Below are positions 1 to 13,596 of a stretch of DNA of 64,000 nucleotides, one piece after another. Each line of letters opens with the position of its first letter. The stretch's first letter is position 1. The notes beneath the pieces were generated by a model. The model saw only the letters and a program-made list of their open reading frames with translations. It did no database searches and was not told where the DNA came from. The stretch lies in NCBI RefSeq assembly GCF_009914755.1, contig NC_060929.1; one strand, written 5' to 3'. Source of the stretch: the human T2T-CHM13v2.0 reference genome, Homo sapiens. Made by a program: the position numbers and the translations under genes.

Positions 1-597
1 TAGACCAGAGTGCACAGACCCCACTGGTCTAAAGCAGGTGCTGTCTCTCTGCTCCAGCAAATGGGAGTGCAGGCCTCGGGCTGCCAGAGCTGCCTGTACT
101 TCAAACAAAAGAGTCGTTCAGATTTTTTATTTTTAAATATTGGGAACTAATCCAGAAGTTTTTTAAAAAAAATATGCAAATCAGCCTCATCTATGGGCCT
201 GATATAACCTAAAAGCCACCGGTTTACATTCTTTAATTTAGACCTTATTATAGACATTGTCTTTGTTTATTTCCTTCAGTGTTCCCACCAACCTCCTCAC
301 CCACATTGCACCGAATGCAACACTGCGTTCACCATAGGCTTTACAAAGCTCTCCAGCTTCATGTTCATTTATTCATTCTGTTCATCAGCCAATGTTTACT
401 CATTCATTTGAGAAACCTTTTGCTGCACAGATTGTGTGTGCAAGGCAATTTGGGGCACTCAGAAATTAACAAGACATGGTCCCTGCCCCATGACCTTTAA
501 ATCTATTCTAGTTATTTTCACCATTTTTTGGCAGGAGCCTTTATTCAGCAAGGTCCCTGCCCGTAAGGAGCTTAGAAGTGAAGCTAGAGATTTTCAA

Positions 598-599
598 GT

Positions 600-630
<31 letters not shown>

Positions 631-681
631 GGGGCGTGTGTGTGTGTGTGTGTGTGTGTGGCATATGTGGTGTGTGTGTGT
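598..681. repeat. Compound microsatellite (TG)n-G21-(TG)n
   Basis: TG repeats flanking 21 consecutive G at 614-634. Confidence 0.95.
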
Positions 682-1574
682 TTGGAATATGAGCAAGGGA
701 ATTCCTTTTTCTAGTGAAATCAGAGACAGAGGCCCAGTCTATGAAGCAAGTAAACGTGCCTACTGCCTCAGTGGAAGCAGTCGGGAGTCCTAGAGATGCT
801 GTCTGTGCTCACTCTGTCACCCCATCATGGGGCTTCCAGGGAGCCTTTGAGCTCTAAGGCACCCAGCTTGCAGTACCATTCTAGCAACTGAGTAGGCCCC
901 ACTTGCACATAGCATGGTGCCAGGTGGATCGGGTTCCCCAAGTTCTTGCCTGGCCTCCCATGGCTTCAGAGACCCCCTTGACTCATCGATGGTAGGAATC
1001 TCTCCGCACTAGTTGCTTAGTCAGAACCGCTAACAGTGATGTCCAAAGCGTATCCATTTCCTCTCTTCCGTTCTTCATTGGCAGCAGCAGCTGATTAGCC
1101 CTGATCCACCACCAGTTGGTGGGAGAAGGAGAAGGACAGAGCTTGAATAATTGGTGTTCTGCAGCCCTTGGAAGCACCTTGCTAGAAGTCTTCTTTAGCA
1201 CCACGACTCCATTCTGCTTTCTCTGGGATTTTACGCTTTGGGGATAAGGCCTGTGTCTATATGCCTGCATGCCTTTAGTGTTCGTTGAAAGAATAAATGG
1301 TTAGCTGGCCTAGGTAGACCCTTACTGGGCCTCTGTGTATATCTCCTGGTCTTTATACCCATTCCCTGGGTCCCTCACTTGCTCCCAGACCCTGTAATTG
1401 CCACTGGGAAGTCCTTAGCTATTCATCATCCCCACAGCCAGCAGCTGAAGAGAACAGATTCATGGAAGCTTCACTCCTTGTTGGGTCAAAAGCAATACGC
1501 TTCTCACTTGCTGACCTTGAGCAAGTCATTGACCAATTTGGGTTTCACTTGCATAATAGGGAAAAAACAGGATA

Positions 1575-2079
1575 CATTAAGTCTCACTTAACATTTGTTA
1601 GTAGGTTCTTGGAAAACTGTGACTTTAAGCAAAACTACATACAATGAAACCAATTTTTTTCCATCAACTTTATGTTTTATTTTTATTTTTTTCGAGATGG
1701 AGTCTTGCCTTGTCACCCAGGCTGGAGCGCAGTGGCACGATCTCGGCTTACTGCAACTTCCACCTTCCGAGTTCAAGCAATTCTCCTGACTTAGCCTCCC
1801 GAGTAGCTGGGATTACAAGTGTGCACCACCACACCCAGCTAATTTTTGTATTTTAGTAGAGGTGGGGTTTCACCATGTTGGCCAGGCTGGTCTCAAATTC
1901 CTGACCTCAGGTGATCCACGTGCCTCGGCCTTCCAAAGTGCTGAGATTACAGGCATGACCCACTGCACCCAGCTCCATCAACTTTATTAAAAAATGACAT
2001 TATTTAAGAATTTGATGTACATCATTTTGCTTAAAGTTACAGTTAGCAAGAACCTATCTACAATGTTGAGGATTTACTG
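1575..2079. mobile_element. TcMar/Tigger-type MITE with ~65-bp terminal inverted repeats, interrupted by an antisense AluS (~1674-1973)
   Basis: Left arm ...taggttcttggaaaactgtgactttaagcaaaa versus right arm ttttgcttaaagttacagttagcaagaaccta...; TA at both ends; Alu TSD tccatcaactttat at 1660 and 1974. Confidence 0.75.
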
Positions 2080-4956
2080 TAATTACATTAAATACATATA
2101 TGGTCTGAAGGCAGGCAGTTAGACGAGGCTGTGAATTGAGGCTCTTCCCTTCTGTAAAATTGTTGGTTTCTTGAAACTCGAATTGGAGGCTCTTAGGGAC
2201 CCCTAGGATATACCACATGTAAAAGCTCCCATCCTGTGCCAGACAGTAGCCTATATAATCTCATTTAAACCTCCCAGGATCCCTGAGGTTAATCCCCATT
2301 TTAAAAATGAGGAAACTGAGGCTCACCCGAGATCCCTAAGTGCCAGAGCTGGGATTAGAAGACCACAAGTTTGCTAGCCCCAGAGGCTGTGCTCCCTTTA
2401 GGATGCTCGCCACTCAGAAGGCCTTCTGTTATTGCCTTCAACCCCATCTTTCAAAGGTCTGCTGGCTCCTCAGGAGCAGTGAGTTCACATAGCTAGTACA
2501 GGGAGGCCAGAACCTCCACTCCTCTGCAGCTGCTGAGCGGGCAGCTCGGAGGGCCTGGTAGGAGGGTGCTTGGGGCAAATGCAGTGGTAGGGAAACTGGA
2601 GGGCATGCAGGCAGGCAGCCATGTATGCCCTAAGAGGAGTCTAAGGAGGAAGCCCACAGGAATGGGGTACCATGCTCATGGCTGTGGGTCTCCCACAGTG
2701 GGGAGACGGGAAAGCCGCCCCAGCTGTCTTTGTGTCTGCAGCTGTTTCCTTCCAGCTCCATGTCAGTCTGTCTGTGTTCATCCTTCTGACTCGTATTCTG
2801 TTTCCCTTCTGTCTTTGTTTCTCATGTGTGTGTATCTTTATTTTTAGTGTCTCTGTTTCTTTCTCTCTGTCTCCCCTCGCTCCTCTTTCTCTATTCTCTG
2901 TCTCTCAAAATGGGATTATTATGCTCCTCATCTTCACACAACAGCCTCACATTCAAGGTGCCTTTGAGGACAGGAATAGACACATCCAGGAGAGGCTGAC
3001 TGCAGGACCTGCCAAACCCCGCTCACAAATCAGTCAGACTCACAGGCATCCAAACAAACCTCATCCTACCCTCTGCCTCCCCGTCCTTCCCGAGGGCCTT
3101 CCCCACTGCTCCCCAGAGCTGGTGTGCAGTCATGCAGGATACTCGCTAGCGCACAGGCTCCCTGGCCCACCCCAGGGACCGATTCTTCCGGCCTGAGATG
3201 CAGCCCAGGTTCTTACATTTTTAACCAGCACCCAAGGTGCTGAAATACAGCTTGTGGGGACTCCAGCCCCACCTTCTGGATCCTCTGCCTGCCTCCATGC
3301 TTGATGCGTTCTTGGCCTCCCAGTGTGTGCCAGGCATCTCACACATGTGCCATCTATCCTGCAAAACCCAATGCCACTGGGAGGTGGCCCCGGCACCTGT
3401 GCATTGCTAGCAGTAGCTAGCCCCTAATGCCAGGACGTCATGGCAGCCCAACTCCCAGACCCCTCATCATCCTCTTGAGGCTTCACTGGGGACCCACATT
3501 TACTCCCAGCACACACCTCTGTGGCTTTTCTCCCACAGAGAAGAGGAAAACCAAGGTAAAAATGGTGAGCGCCAGCTGCTCCTTGATCCTGGACCTTAAC
3601 TGTTCCTGAGCTTTCCTTTTATACTGGGTCAAGAGATTCCACAGCCTTGTTCATTGTGTTGAAAGTCAAGGATTTTGTTTATTACGGGTTCCATCTGCCA
3701 ACCCACTGTGCACCCCCACCCCAGCCTCAGGCAGGACTCTAGAAGAACAGTGCCAGGGATTGAGCTGACCAAGAACCATGCCAAGGCCACTCTGCCTGCT
3801 GCTCCTGTTGCCTTGTCTGTGATTTCATGGATTTAGTTGTCCAGTAACAAGCCCGACCCACCCCTCAACACTTTTCCGTTGTGTTTAGAGCAAGCTCTGG
3901 TCTTTACTGCAGGGCGTGTGCTGGGGGCTTGGATGTGTGGGTAGAGGGATGGCATGACTTGGCTTTTCCATGGAAATGAGCCCTTTCTCCCAGGCCCCAG
4001 GCTGGGTTAGCTGTATCCTAGTTTCATTCCCCAGTCCAGGGATCAACTAGTCAGTCATCCCCTCTTCAGCAGGTTGACATGAGGGGATGGAGGCCAACAG
4101 TGGAACACATCTGTCCATGGAAGGTATAATAACATGCAGGTCTTTCAGCAGAGCTCATAAACTGTGCCTGCTTCATCTGGAGAAAAAGTCATCCATTCAG
4201 CAAATATTGAGCATGTCTACATGGTGGGCACTGTGCTGGGTGCTAGGTGCTGGGTGAGCAAGACACAGCCTCTGCCTCTCTGCCATCCCCATACAGTGCA
4301 GCAACTTGCAAACCTTGGTGTGCCTAAAGATCACCTGGGAGGCTTAATGAAAAGAGAGATTTCTGGGCCCTACCCCTGGGCTTTTTGATTCAGCAGGTCA
4401 AAGTAGGGCCCAGGAATGTGCATTTCAATAAGCACTCTCCGCTTTCTGGTGCAGGTAGTCTGTGGGCCACAGGCGGAGAAAGACTAGTCTAGTAGACACA
4501 CGAGAGCAGCCCAGGTCACGAGTTTGTGAGGGCACAGGCTTGCTCGATAGGGCCCTTTATTTTGTAGTGGGCCCACTCCAGGGGTTGGAGAGCCATTCCA
4601 GGGGCAAAGACACACCCTGGAGTCCACCCAAGCTGCCCTCCATGGGAGGTTTCAGGAGAGGTCAGGGCTGAGATATGGTCCGAAAGCCAGAGGTCTCTTC
4701 CAAACACAAGGATTTGTCTCCAGGGAGATAGTTTACTGAATTGGGCTTTGGTGTCAGGCATGCCTGGGTGAAAATCTTTGCTTCCAGTTCTGTGACATTC
4801 CGTCACATCCACTAACTTCTCCCGACTCTCTGGTCCCATTCTCTCCAGCTCCTTTGCTGACTGTTGCCAGTCCATCCAACCTCAGAATGTTGTGTGTACT
4901 CAGAGCTTGGTCCTAGGCCTTCCCTTGTTTTTGCTTCTGTATTTTGCCCTAAGATG

Positions 4957-5337
4957 GTGCGTGAGTCTGCTAGGGCTGCCATAACAACGTACCACAGACT
5001 GACTGGGTGACTTAAACAGTGGACATTTATTTTCTCACAGCCTGGAAGCTAAAAGTCCAAGATCAGATGTCAGTGGGGTTGCTTTCTTCTGAGGTCTCTT
5101 CCCTTGGCTTGTAGGTGGCCTCCTCCTCCCTCCGTTTCACATGGTCTTCCCCCGTGCCTGTGCCCTAATCTCCTCTTAGAAGGACACCAGTCATACTGGA
5201 TTAGAGTCTGCCCTACTGACCTCATTTTACCTTAATTACTTCTTAAAAGCCCTATCTCCAAATAGAATCACATTTGGAGGTACTGCTGCTTAGGACTTCG
5301 ATGTAGGATTTCGGGGGACAAAAATCAAGCCAGAACA
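4957..5337 (-). mobile_element. MLT1-family (ERVL-MaLR) solo LTR
   Basis: gggctgccataacaa...ccacagactg...aaggacaccagtcat...ggattag are diagnostic MLT1 motifs. Confidence 0.8.
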
Positions 5338-6817
5338 GATGGTAATCTCATTCAGGTGGTGATCCATCTGATAGGGACCCCCCCGCCCCGACCTTTAGAG
5401 CAGCCCACCTGTTCAGTATTCATACCCACATATCCATAATAGAGCTCTTCTCTTCCCCCGGGTTCCTCTGCCTCAGCCTTTTCCTCTTAGCAGATGCCAT
5501 CTGCAGGGCCACTTGGCTGCCCGTAGCAGTAACCGCACAGTCTTCCACATTTACTCCCTCAGCCTCAGCTGCTCCTGCAGCCCAGGCACTGTCTCTGTCT
5601 CTGCATTGCTCAAGCCTCCACCATCTCGGTTACACCTCACAGCCACCCTCCCCGCCTTCAGTCTTCAGCCTCCTGCCCATTGTCCTCCCCACAGTCATGG
5701 TGACCTCAAGATGATAAGGTCTTTGCTAAAGCCCCTGCTTGGAATGTTCTTCCCTCCTGCACTTTTCCTAGCCAACTGCTGTCCATTATCCATCCTTAAA
5801 TTTCTCTACTAGTCAGGAATCTAACTGCTGCAAGAAACAGCCCCCAAAGTCTCCGTGGCTTCATACAACGGGTTTATTTTTTGTTCATATAATGTCTAAT
5901 TGGGTATGTCCAGTTAACAGGCAGCCTTCCATGTGGTCATTCAGGAACTCAGGCTCTTTCCATCTGTGACGCCTCCCCTTTGAGTCCACAAGAGTCCATG
6001 CAACAGACAGTAAAGAAGACACACACACTTTTCTTAACTACTAGTGCTCACATCCCATTGGCCAGAACTTGGTCATACGCCCTGCCCACCCGGCCACAGG
6101 GAAGGCTGGGAAAATGGTGGAGGCAGGGTACACACCACCAGTCTCAGCCACAGAGTCACTTGACTGGAAGAGGCTCACCTGCCAGTTCAAATTGGGCCTC
6201 TCCTTTTGTGTTCTTTTCTACCATTTGTACTTTTTCTTCATGGACCTTGTCACACACTGTGTTAATTAGATATTTGAGTATTTCTTTAATATCGGTTCTC
6301 CCCAGTAGAATGTAAGCCCTATAAGAACAGAAACAAGTCCTACTGTGCTCACTCACTACTTTATCCCCAGTGCCACAGGCAGGGTCCAGTACAAAACGGG
6401 CATTCAGTAAATATGAGCTGAAAGATGGAGGAAGGAAGAGAAGGAGGGTATGGTTGGGTGAAATCCTAATTCTGCCACTAATTCCACAGCTTTAGGTAAA
6501 TTATACAACTCTAAGGGCCTCGATTTCCTCTTATGTAAAGTGGTAAAAATCATTCTTACTATGCAGCATTATTGTGTGACTGAATTAAGGCAGTGTCCTA
6601 AGGTTCCCAGCAGAGTGCCTGATATATATATATAGTGGGTGAGTGATATTGCAGTTATCATAGGATTATAATATATGTGGAAGCTCTAGCTCCCCAGATG
6701 CCGTGGTCAAATGCTTTACGGAAAGTTCTTGTGCCTGTGGGTCTGGGTGTACATGGGTAAGAGTGCATGCCTGTGCTTCCTTTTGGTGCATCCCTCGCAT
6801 GCTTTCTCTCCTTCCAG

Positions 6818-6907
6818 GTTAAAGTTAAACAGTAAGAGGAACCAGCTTGTGAGAGAACTGGAGGAAGCCACCCGGCAGGTGGCAACTCTGCACTCCCAGC
6901 TGAAAAG
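6818..6907 (+). CDS. WWC1: WWC1/KIBRA coding exon 10 (coiled coil, (R)LKLNSKRNQLVRELEEATRQVATLHSQLK)
   Basis: Acceptor tttctctccttccag|G and donor AAAAG|gtgagt; 90 nt, phase 2-2; translation matches KIBRA as recalled. Confidence 0.97.
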
Positions 6908-7156
6908 GTGAGTGGTGGGCGGTGAGGCCACTGCTCCCCTGGGCATGGCCAGACATGGGTGTCCCCAGTGTCCCAGCCCAGGCTCTACCCTTCACTTGTC
7001 CTCCGTGGCTTGAGAGTGGATGTTTAGAAGCATAGCAAATGGATTGTCAGCAGACTCGGGCGTGGCCTGGTGTAGCTAGGAATAGGGGTCTTGACCTCTC
7101 CAGACTGATAGCACAAAGAAGGCCCCAGGCAGGTAATAGGTAGTCTTAAGAGACTC

Positions 7157-8039
<883 letters not shown>

Positions 8040-8341
8040 CTATGAAAACATATCATACAAATGCAACGTAGCCAATTGGAGCTTTGGGAAACACAGATTT
8101 AGAGGAAAAAGTGGACTTTTAAGGCAGCTATAACTTGAGTCCAAAGCCCAGCTCTGCCATGTCTTGATTATGTGGCCTTCTTGGGGTATCAGTTTTCCAT
8201 GAAGTGGGGGTGAAGGGTCTACCCTAGAGATTGCCAAGCAAGTCTAGTGAGATCATGGTGCTTTCCAGAGCTCAGCAGAAGGTCTCAGGGGGCCCACTTC
8301 ACTGTGTGCATCTCACTGTCCTTCCCCTCCCTGTGTCCCAG

Positions 8342-8877
8342 TCTCTCAAGCAGCATGCAGTCCCTGTCCTCAGGCAGCAGCCCCGGATCCCTCACGTCCA
8401 GCCGGGGCTCCCTGGTTGCATCCAGCCTGGACTCCTCCACTTCAGCCAGCTTCACTGACCTCTACTATGACCCCTTTGAGCAGCTGGACTCAGAGCTGCA
8501 GAGCAAGGTGGAGTTCCTGCTCCTGGAGGGGGCCACCGGCTTCCGGCCCTCGGGCTGCATCACCACCATCCACGAGGATGAGGTGGCCAAGACCCAGAAG
8601 GCAGAGGGAGGTGGCCGCCTGCAGGCTCTGCGTTCCCTGTCTGGCACCCCAAAGTCCATGACCTCCCTATCCCCACGTTCCTCTCTCTCCTCCCCCTCCC
8701 CACCCTGTTCCCCTCTCATGGCTGACCCCCTCCTGGCTGGTGATGCCTTCCTCAACTCCTTGGAGTTTGAAGACCCGGAGCTGAGTGCCACTCTTTGTGA
8801 ACTGAGCCTTGGTAACAGCGCCCAGGAAAGATACCGGCTGGAGGAACCAGGAACGGAGGGCAAGCAGCTGGGCCAAG
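8342..8877 (+). CDS. WWC1: WWC1 coding exon 11 (Ser-rich; SLSSSMQS...[10 protein letters not shown]...[15 protein letters not shown]...EGKQLGQ)
   Basis: tgtcccag|T and CAAG|gtagag; 536 nt; lies within ORF 8247-9050; contains the Ser539 Aurora-site region (PRSS). Confidence 0.97.
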
Positions 8878-10260
8878 GTAGAGAGCACCATACCCAGAGG
8901 GTGGGAACCAGGAGGAGGGAAAGAGATACTCTGTGCTCAGAACCCCCCAGTGATCATTCTAGTCGATATTTGCTGACTGCTTCTGTGTGCTGGGTCTTTG
9001 TATGGCAAGTATATTTATTCAGTGGATGTTTATTAACTCAGTATTTTTGAGGTCCTGTGTGAAGGGTTTTCAGTAGTAGATTCTGTCCTCCAACAGACAT
9101 TTAGCACCTCATAAAACTAAATGTCAGGTCATCCTGTGCTAATGGATATACATGGATTCATCTATCCATGATTATAGATATGCTGGGTGCCAGGCACTGG
9201 GTTGGTCACTAAGGATTCTGTGTTGAAGACAGACAGGGTCCCTGTTCTCATGAAGCTTATGTTCAAATGGAGGCACAGGGAATAAACCTGCAACCAAACA
9301 AGCACTACAAAGAAAATAAAACAGGGAATGTGATCCAGCCTTTCTGGTTGGAGGTGGGACTGCCAGGGCAGGTTGGGTTGTGAAAGAAGATGACATTTGA
9401 GGGTGTCTTGAATGGTGAGATGGAGCCAGCCTTGGGAAAAGCAAGAGCAAAATCTCTGAGGTCAGAGCAAGGGACTAGAAGGGGAGCCAGGAAGCCATGA
9501 GTCAGAGGTAGGGGGTTACCAGTGAGGCTGGAGAACTAGGCAAGAGTCCAGATCCTGAAAGGCCTGGTGGGCTGTGCTAAGGAGTTTGGATTTTATCCTA
9601 ATTGCACTGGGGACCCATGTGACCGTTTGAAGCCAGGAATGATATGATCTGACTCCCATTCTGCATGGGGTCAGAAAGAACATTTTGGTGTTGGCCAGAA
9701 TTTAAGTTGGAATCTTCAAAATAGAAGATGATGCTGACATTGACAGCTAAGATTTATTAGGAGAAAACCTTTTTATCTTTAGCAGCAACCACATAATAAA
9801 TCATAATAGTTAACTTTTATTGGGGATATATTATGAGTTGGGTAATGTGCTTGATACATGGTGAAATCAGTTATTTCTATTCTGTCCATTTCACTGGTGA
9901 GGAATTGGAGATTCAGAGAGGTGATGTCACTTGCCTTAGGTCACCCAGCCAACAAGTGAGGAAGCAGGGATAGGAACCTGAGTGTTTCTGGCCCCGGAAC
10001 CCAACCCCCTTATTGTCATGCCTTAGGCTGGGAGGCAGTTCAGCATGCACATTCATGCCAACTCCTGGTGCTTGGGGCCCCACCAACCCCATCTGGCTCT
10101 GGGTGTGAAGGTCAGGACTGAGTAGGATGCTCAGTAAACTCACCTGGGCCTTCTTGGCTTTCCTGGCCACAGTAAAAATAGCTCACAATAATCATAGCTA
10201 TGATATATAGCGTACAGGTGTTTAGGATTTAGGTACTTCTCTGCATATTTACTCATTTAA

Positions 10261-10625
<365 letters not shown>

Positions 10626-11978
10626 TAAAGATGAAAAAAGTGAGGCACAGTGAGGTTAAAAGACTTGTCTGAGGTTAGTCCCACAGAGTGAAATGGCAAG
10701 ACCAGGACTGGCACAAGGACCACCTGCTCAGAACGCACACTGTTATCCATGTGCTGAGTTCTGTCTACAAAAAGCTGGTGCTCCTGGCTCCAGGTGAGGC
10801 CAGCTAGAAGCAGCCAGACCCATGTCAGCTCTGTGGCTCCAGGCATGGGCAGGAGTGGTGCTGCTGTGCCCAGAATTATCCATGTGTGTACAAGGGCCAG
10901 TGGGAGCATGGTAGGGAAATGAGGTTTCCTTGTTAACGAAAGGCTTTGAGTGCCAGTGGTTTCCTTAGAAGAGGAGCCGAGAGATCCCTGGGTTTCCCTC
11001 ATCAGGAAGGGAGTCTTGCTGAGTGCTCTCAAAATAAAAGCAAGCGCCCTACTATAGCAGGTGGCAAGCCTCAGAAAATCGTTCCCTGGAGAGGAGGGGG
11101 TGCAGGTGGAACCTCTAACAAGGCTCAAAGAGCATGCCTCTGATATCAATATTAAGCCAAGTCAGGACACTCAGACCCCAGCTATGTCCTGTGAAGTGAC
11201 CCCCTCCTCTCCCCTCCCTAACAGTGTCTTTGGGGCTTGTGGGCCTCAGACAGCACATTAGGCTGGGCACACACAGGTCTCGGGATGGCATTTCCTTCAT
11301 GCCATCTCCAGAAGCCTTCCCTGCAGCAAGCAATGCCAGGCAGAGCTTAGACGCTAAGCAGGTTATGTGATTAGTGCCGCTGTTCAGTCAGCAGACAAAT
11401 TAATCTCCTTAAGTGGTTTAGTGGAGGGTGGAGATGCGTGGGTCTGAAAGCAGGAGGTCTCCGCGGGCTCAGCAGGCATGGGACGCAGGCTCAGCTTCCC
11501 CATCACCAGCACTTGCAGTCTCCCAGACCCGCCTTGTCACCCATCGCCGTCCCCGGCCTGCCATGCCCTGGACTCTGTGCCCCTCAATGCTGCGAGCCCT
11601 TGCCCTGCTCCGGTCTGCCCGCAGGTGCTCAGAGGTGTTAGCTGTGAGGTTGTAAGATCTGGATCTGGCCTTCCCCGCTGCAAGGAGGGCAGGAATTGTC
11701 TTATTCATCTTTGTAGTTCTGAACATGGCAATGGGCCTGGCACATCGTGAGTGATCATTACTTGGGCAAGGAAGGAATGTGCAGCACGTGTTGAGTGCTT
11801 AGTTATGAGCCTCAGATCAGAGACTTTCAAGGGCCCCTGTTAAGGTTAGGGAAGAGGAGGAGCTGAATTCGGAGTGGAAAGGGATAGGCAGTGGAAGAAC
11901 GGGTGCTTAATCTCTCCCTTCTCTGTCCTGAGGGTCCAGGGGCTGTTATTTTGCCCCAGGTGGGTAGGGATGGATCTG

Positions 11979-12023
11979 TTAGGTTGATGCAAAAGTAATT
12001 GCAGTTTTTGCCATTGAAAGTAT
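11979..12023. mobile_element. MADE1 (Hsmar1-derived MITE) fragment
   Basis: ttaggttgatgcaaaagtaattgcagtttttgccatt matches the MADE1/Hsmar1 TIR. Confidence 0.75.
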
Positions 12024-12459
12024 GGATATCTACAGTGATAGGAACAGTAGTGGCAATAAGGATAGTTGTAATGAGTTTTGCAGAGCACTTTGCCTGCCTG
12101 CACCAATCTCTATATTAAGGACTTCCCTTATAATGTCTCGCTGAGTCCTGTCAACAGCCCTATAAGTAGGTATTATTATCCAAGTTTTACAAATGAGGCA
12201 TCTGAGGCTTAACAGGATTAAGTCAGTATCTCAAGGTCATGAAGCAGTGAGTGGTGGAGCCGGATTTGAATCCAGGCAGTTCGACTCAAGAGCCTGGGAT
12301 GGTAAAACACAAAATCACATGTGACTCCTTCCATCACCCTAAAGCAAACTTTTTTTTAATTTTTTTTTTTTTTTTTTTTTTGCTTTAGCATTTAGAGGTG
12401 GTTGGAATTTGGTGGAACCGTCTGTCTTCCATAGAGAGTGTATCAAAATTGGGAGTTCA

Positions 12460-12780
12460 GGCTCCCCGAATCCCAAAGTGTTGGGATTACAGTGGCTGAC
12501 GCCTGTAATCCCAACACTTTGGAAGGCCAAAGCAGGCAGATCGCCTAAGACCAGGAGTTCAAGACCAGCCTGGGCAATATGGCAAAACCCCATCTCTACA
12601 ACAAAATAATAATTCAAAAATTAGCTGGGTATGGTGGCACATGCCTGTAGTTCCAGTATTTGGGAGGCGGAGGTGGGAGGATCACCAGAACCCGAAGTGG
12701 TCGAGGCTGCAGTGAGCCATGATTGTGCCACTGCACTCCAGCCTGGATGAGTGAGACCCTGCCTCAAAAACAAAACAAAA
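12460..12780 (+). mobile_element. AluJ with a rearranged (fold-back) 5' end
   Basis: Alu body; TSD caaaattgggagt at 12444 and 12776. Confidence 0.9.
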
Positions 12781-12841
12781 TTGGGAGTCGCAAAGGCAGT
12801 TTCCTGGTTCCTGAACCTGCCTTTCCATTTTCCTTCCCTAG

Positions 12842-12950
12842 CTGTGAATACGGCCCAGGGGTGTGGCCTGAAAGTGGCCTGTGTCTCAGCCGCCGTATCG
12901 GACGAGTCAGTGGCTGGAGACAGTGGTGTGTACGAGGCTTCCGTGCAGAG
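12842..12950 (+). CDS. WWC1: WWC1 coding exon 12 (AVNTAQGCGLKVACVSAAVSDESVAGDSGVYEASVQR)
   Basis: ttccctag|CT and GCAGAG|gtaggt; 109 nt; conserved SDESVAGDSGVYEA motif of WWC proteins. Confidence 0.97.
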
Positions 12951-13233
12951 GTAGGTGTCTGGGTGCTGGCTCTCTCTGTGGCCCTGTAAGCCATGAACTC
13001 TGAATATCCAGAGCCTAGGCCTGTGGAGAGGCTTAGGTTTTGGCCCCCACAGTGTGTGGGAGGAGCCCCAAGAGGGCATGACCCCACCTTCCTCTTGGCT
13101 GCCCAAGGCACAGACAGCATAACTTTTCCTGGGGTTAGAGATGCTTCAGGTTTGGGGGAGTGCTAGTTCTGTGGTAGCTACGAAAAAGGTATATGGCTAA
13201 GGAGCAAGCACTAGAGAAAGGGAAGGCCCCTTA

Positions 13234-13377
<144 letters not shown>

Positions 13378-13515
13378 TTAATTAAAATTTAAAAAAGGAC
13401 CTGAAGGGAAGCTGAGCAAACCCCAACTTTCCTTCCTGGGGATGTAACCTCAGCCTCCCAGAATAGTTTGTTCACTGTAGGGAAGCCTAACTCCTCCTCC
13501 CCTGTTGCCTTTCAG

Positions 13516-13596
13516 ACTGGGTGCTTCAGAAGCTGCTGCATTTGACAGTGACGAATCGGAAGCAGTGGGTGCGACCCGAATTCAGATTGCCCTGAA
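13516..13596 (+). CDS. WWC1: WWC1 coding exon 13 (LGASEAAAFDSDESEAVGATRIQIALK; start of C2 domain)
   Basis: gcctttcag|A and CTGAA|gtaagt; 81 nt; frame continuous with exons 12 and 14. Confidence 0.96.

Noticed and set aside
2672-3196. 174-aa hydrophobic ORF (and the similar one at 32336-32740)
   Set aside because: Products of CT/TG-rich low-complexity DNA that lacks stop codons
8465-8863. Antisense ORFs overlapping exons 11, 19 and 21
   Set aside because: Shadow ORFs caused by GC-rich coding sequence on the opposite strand
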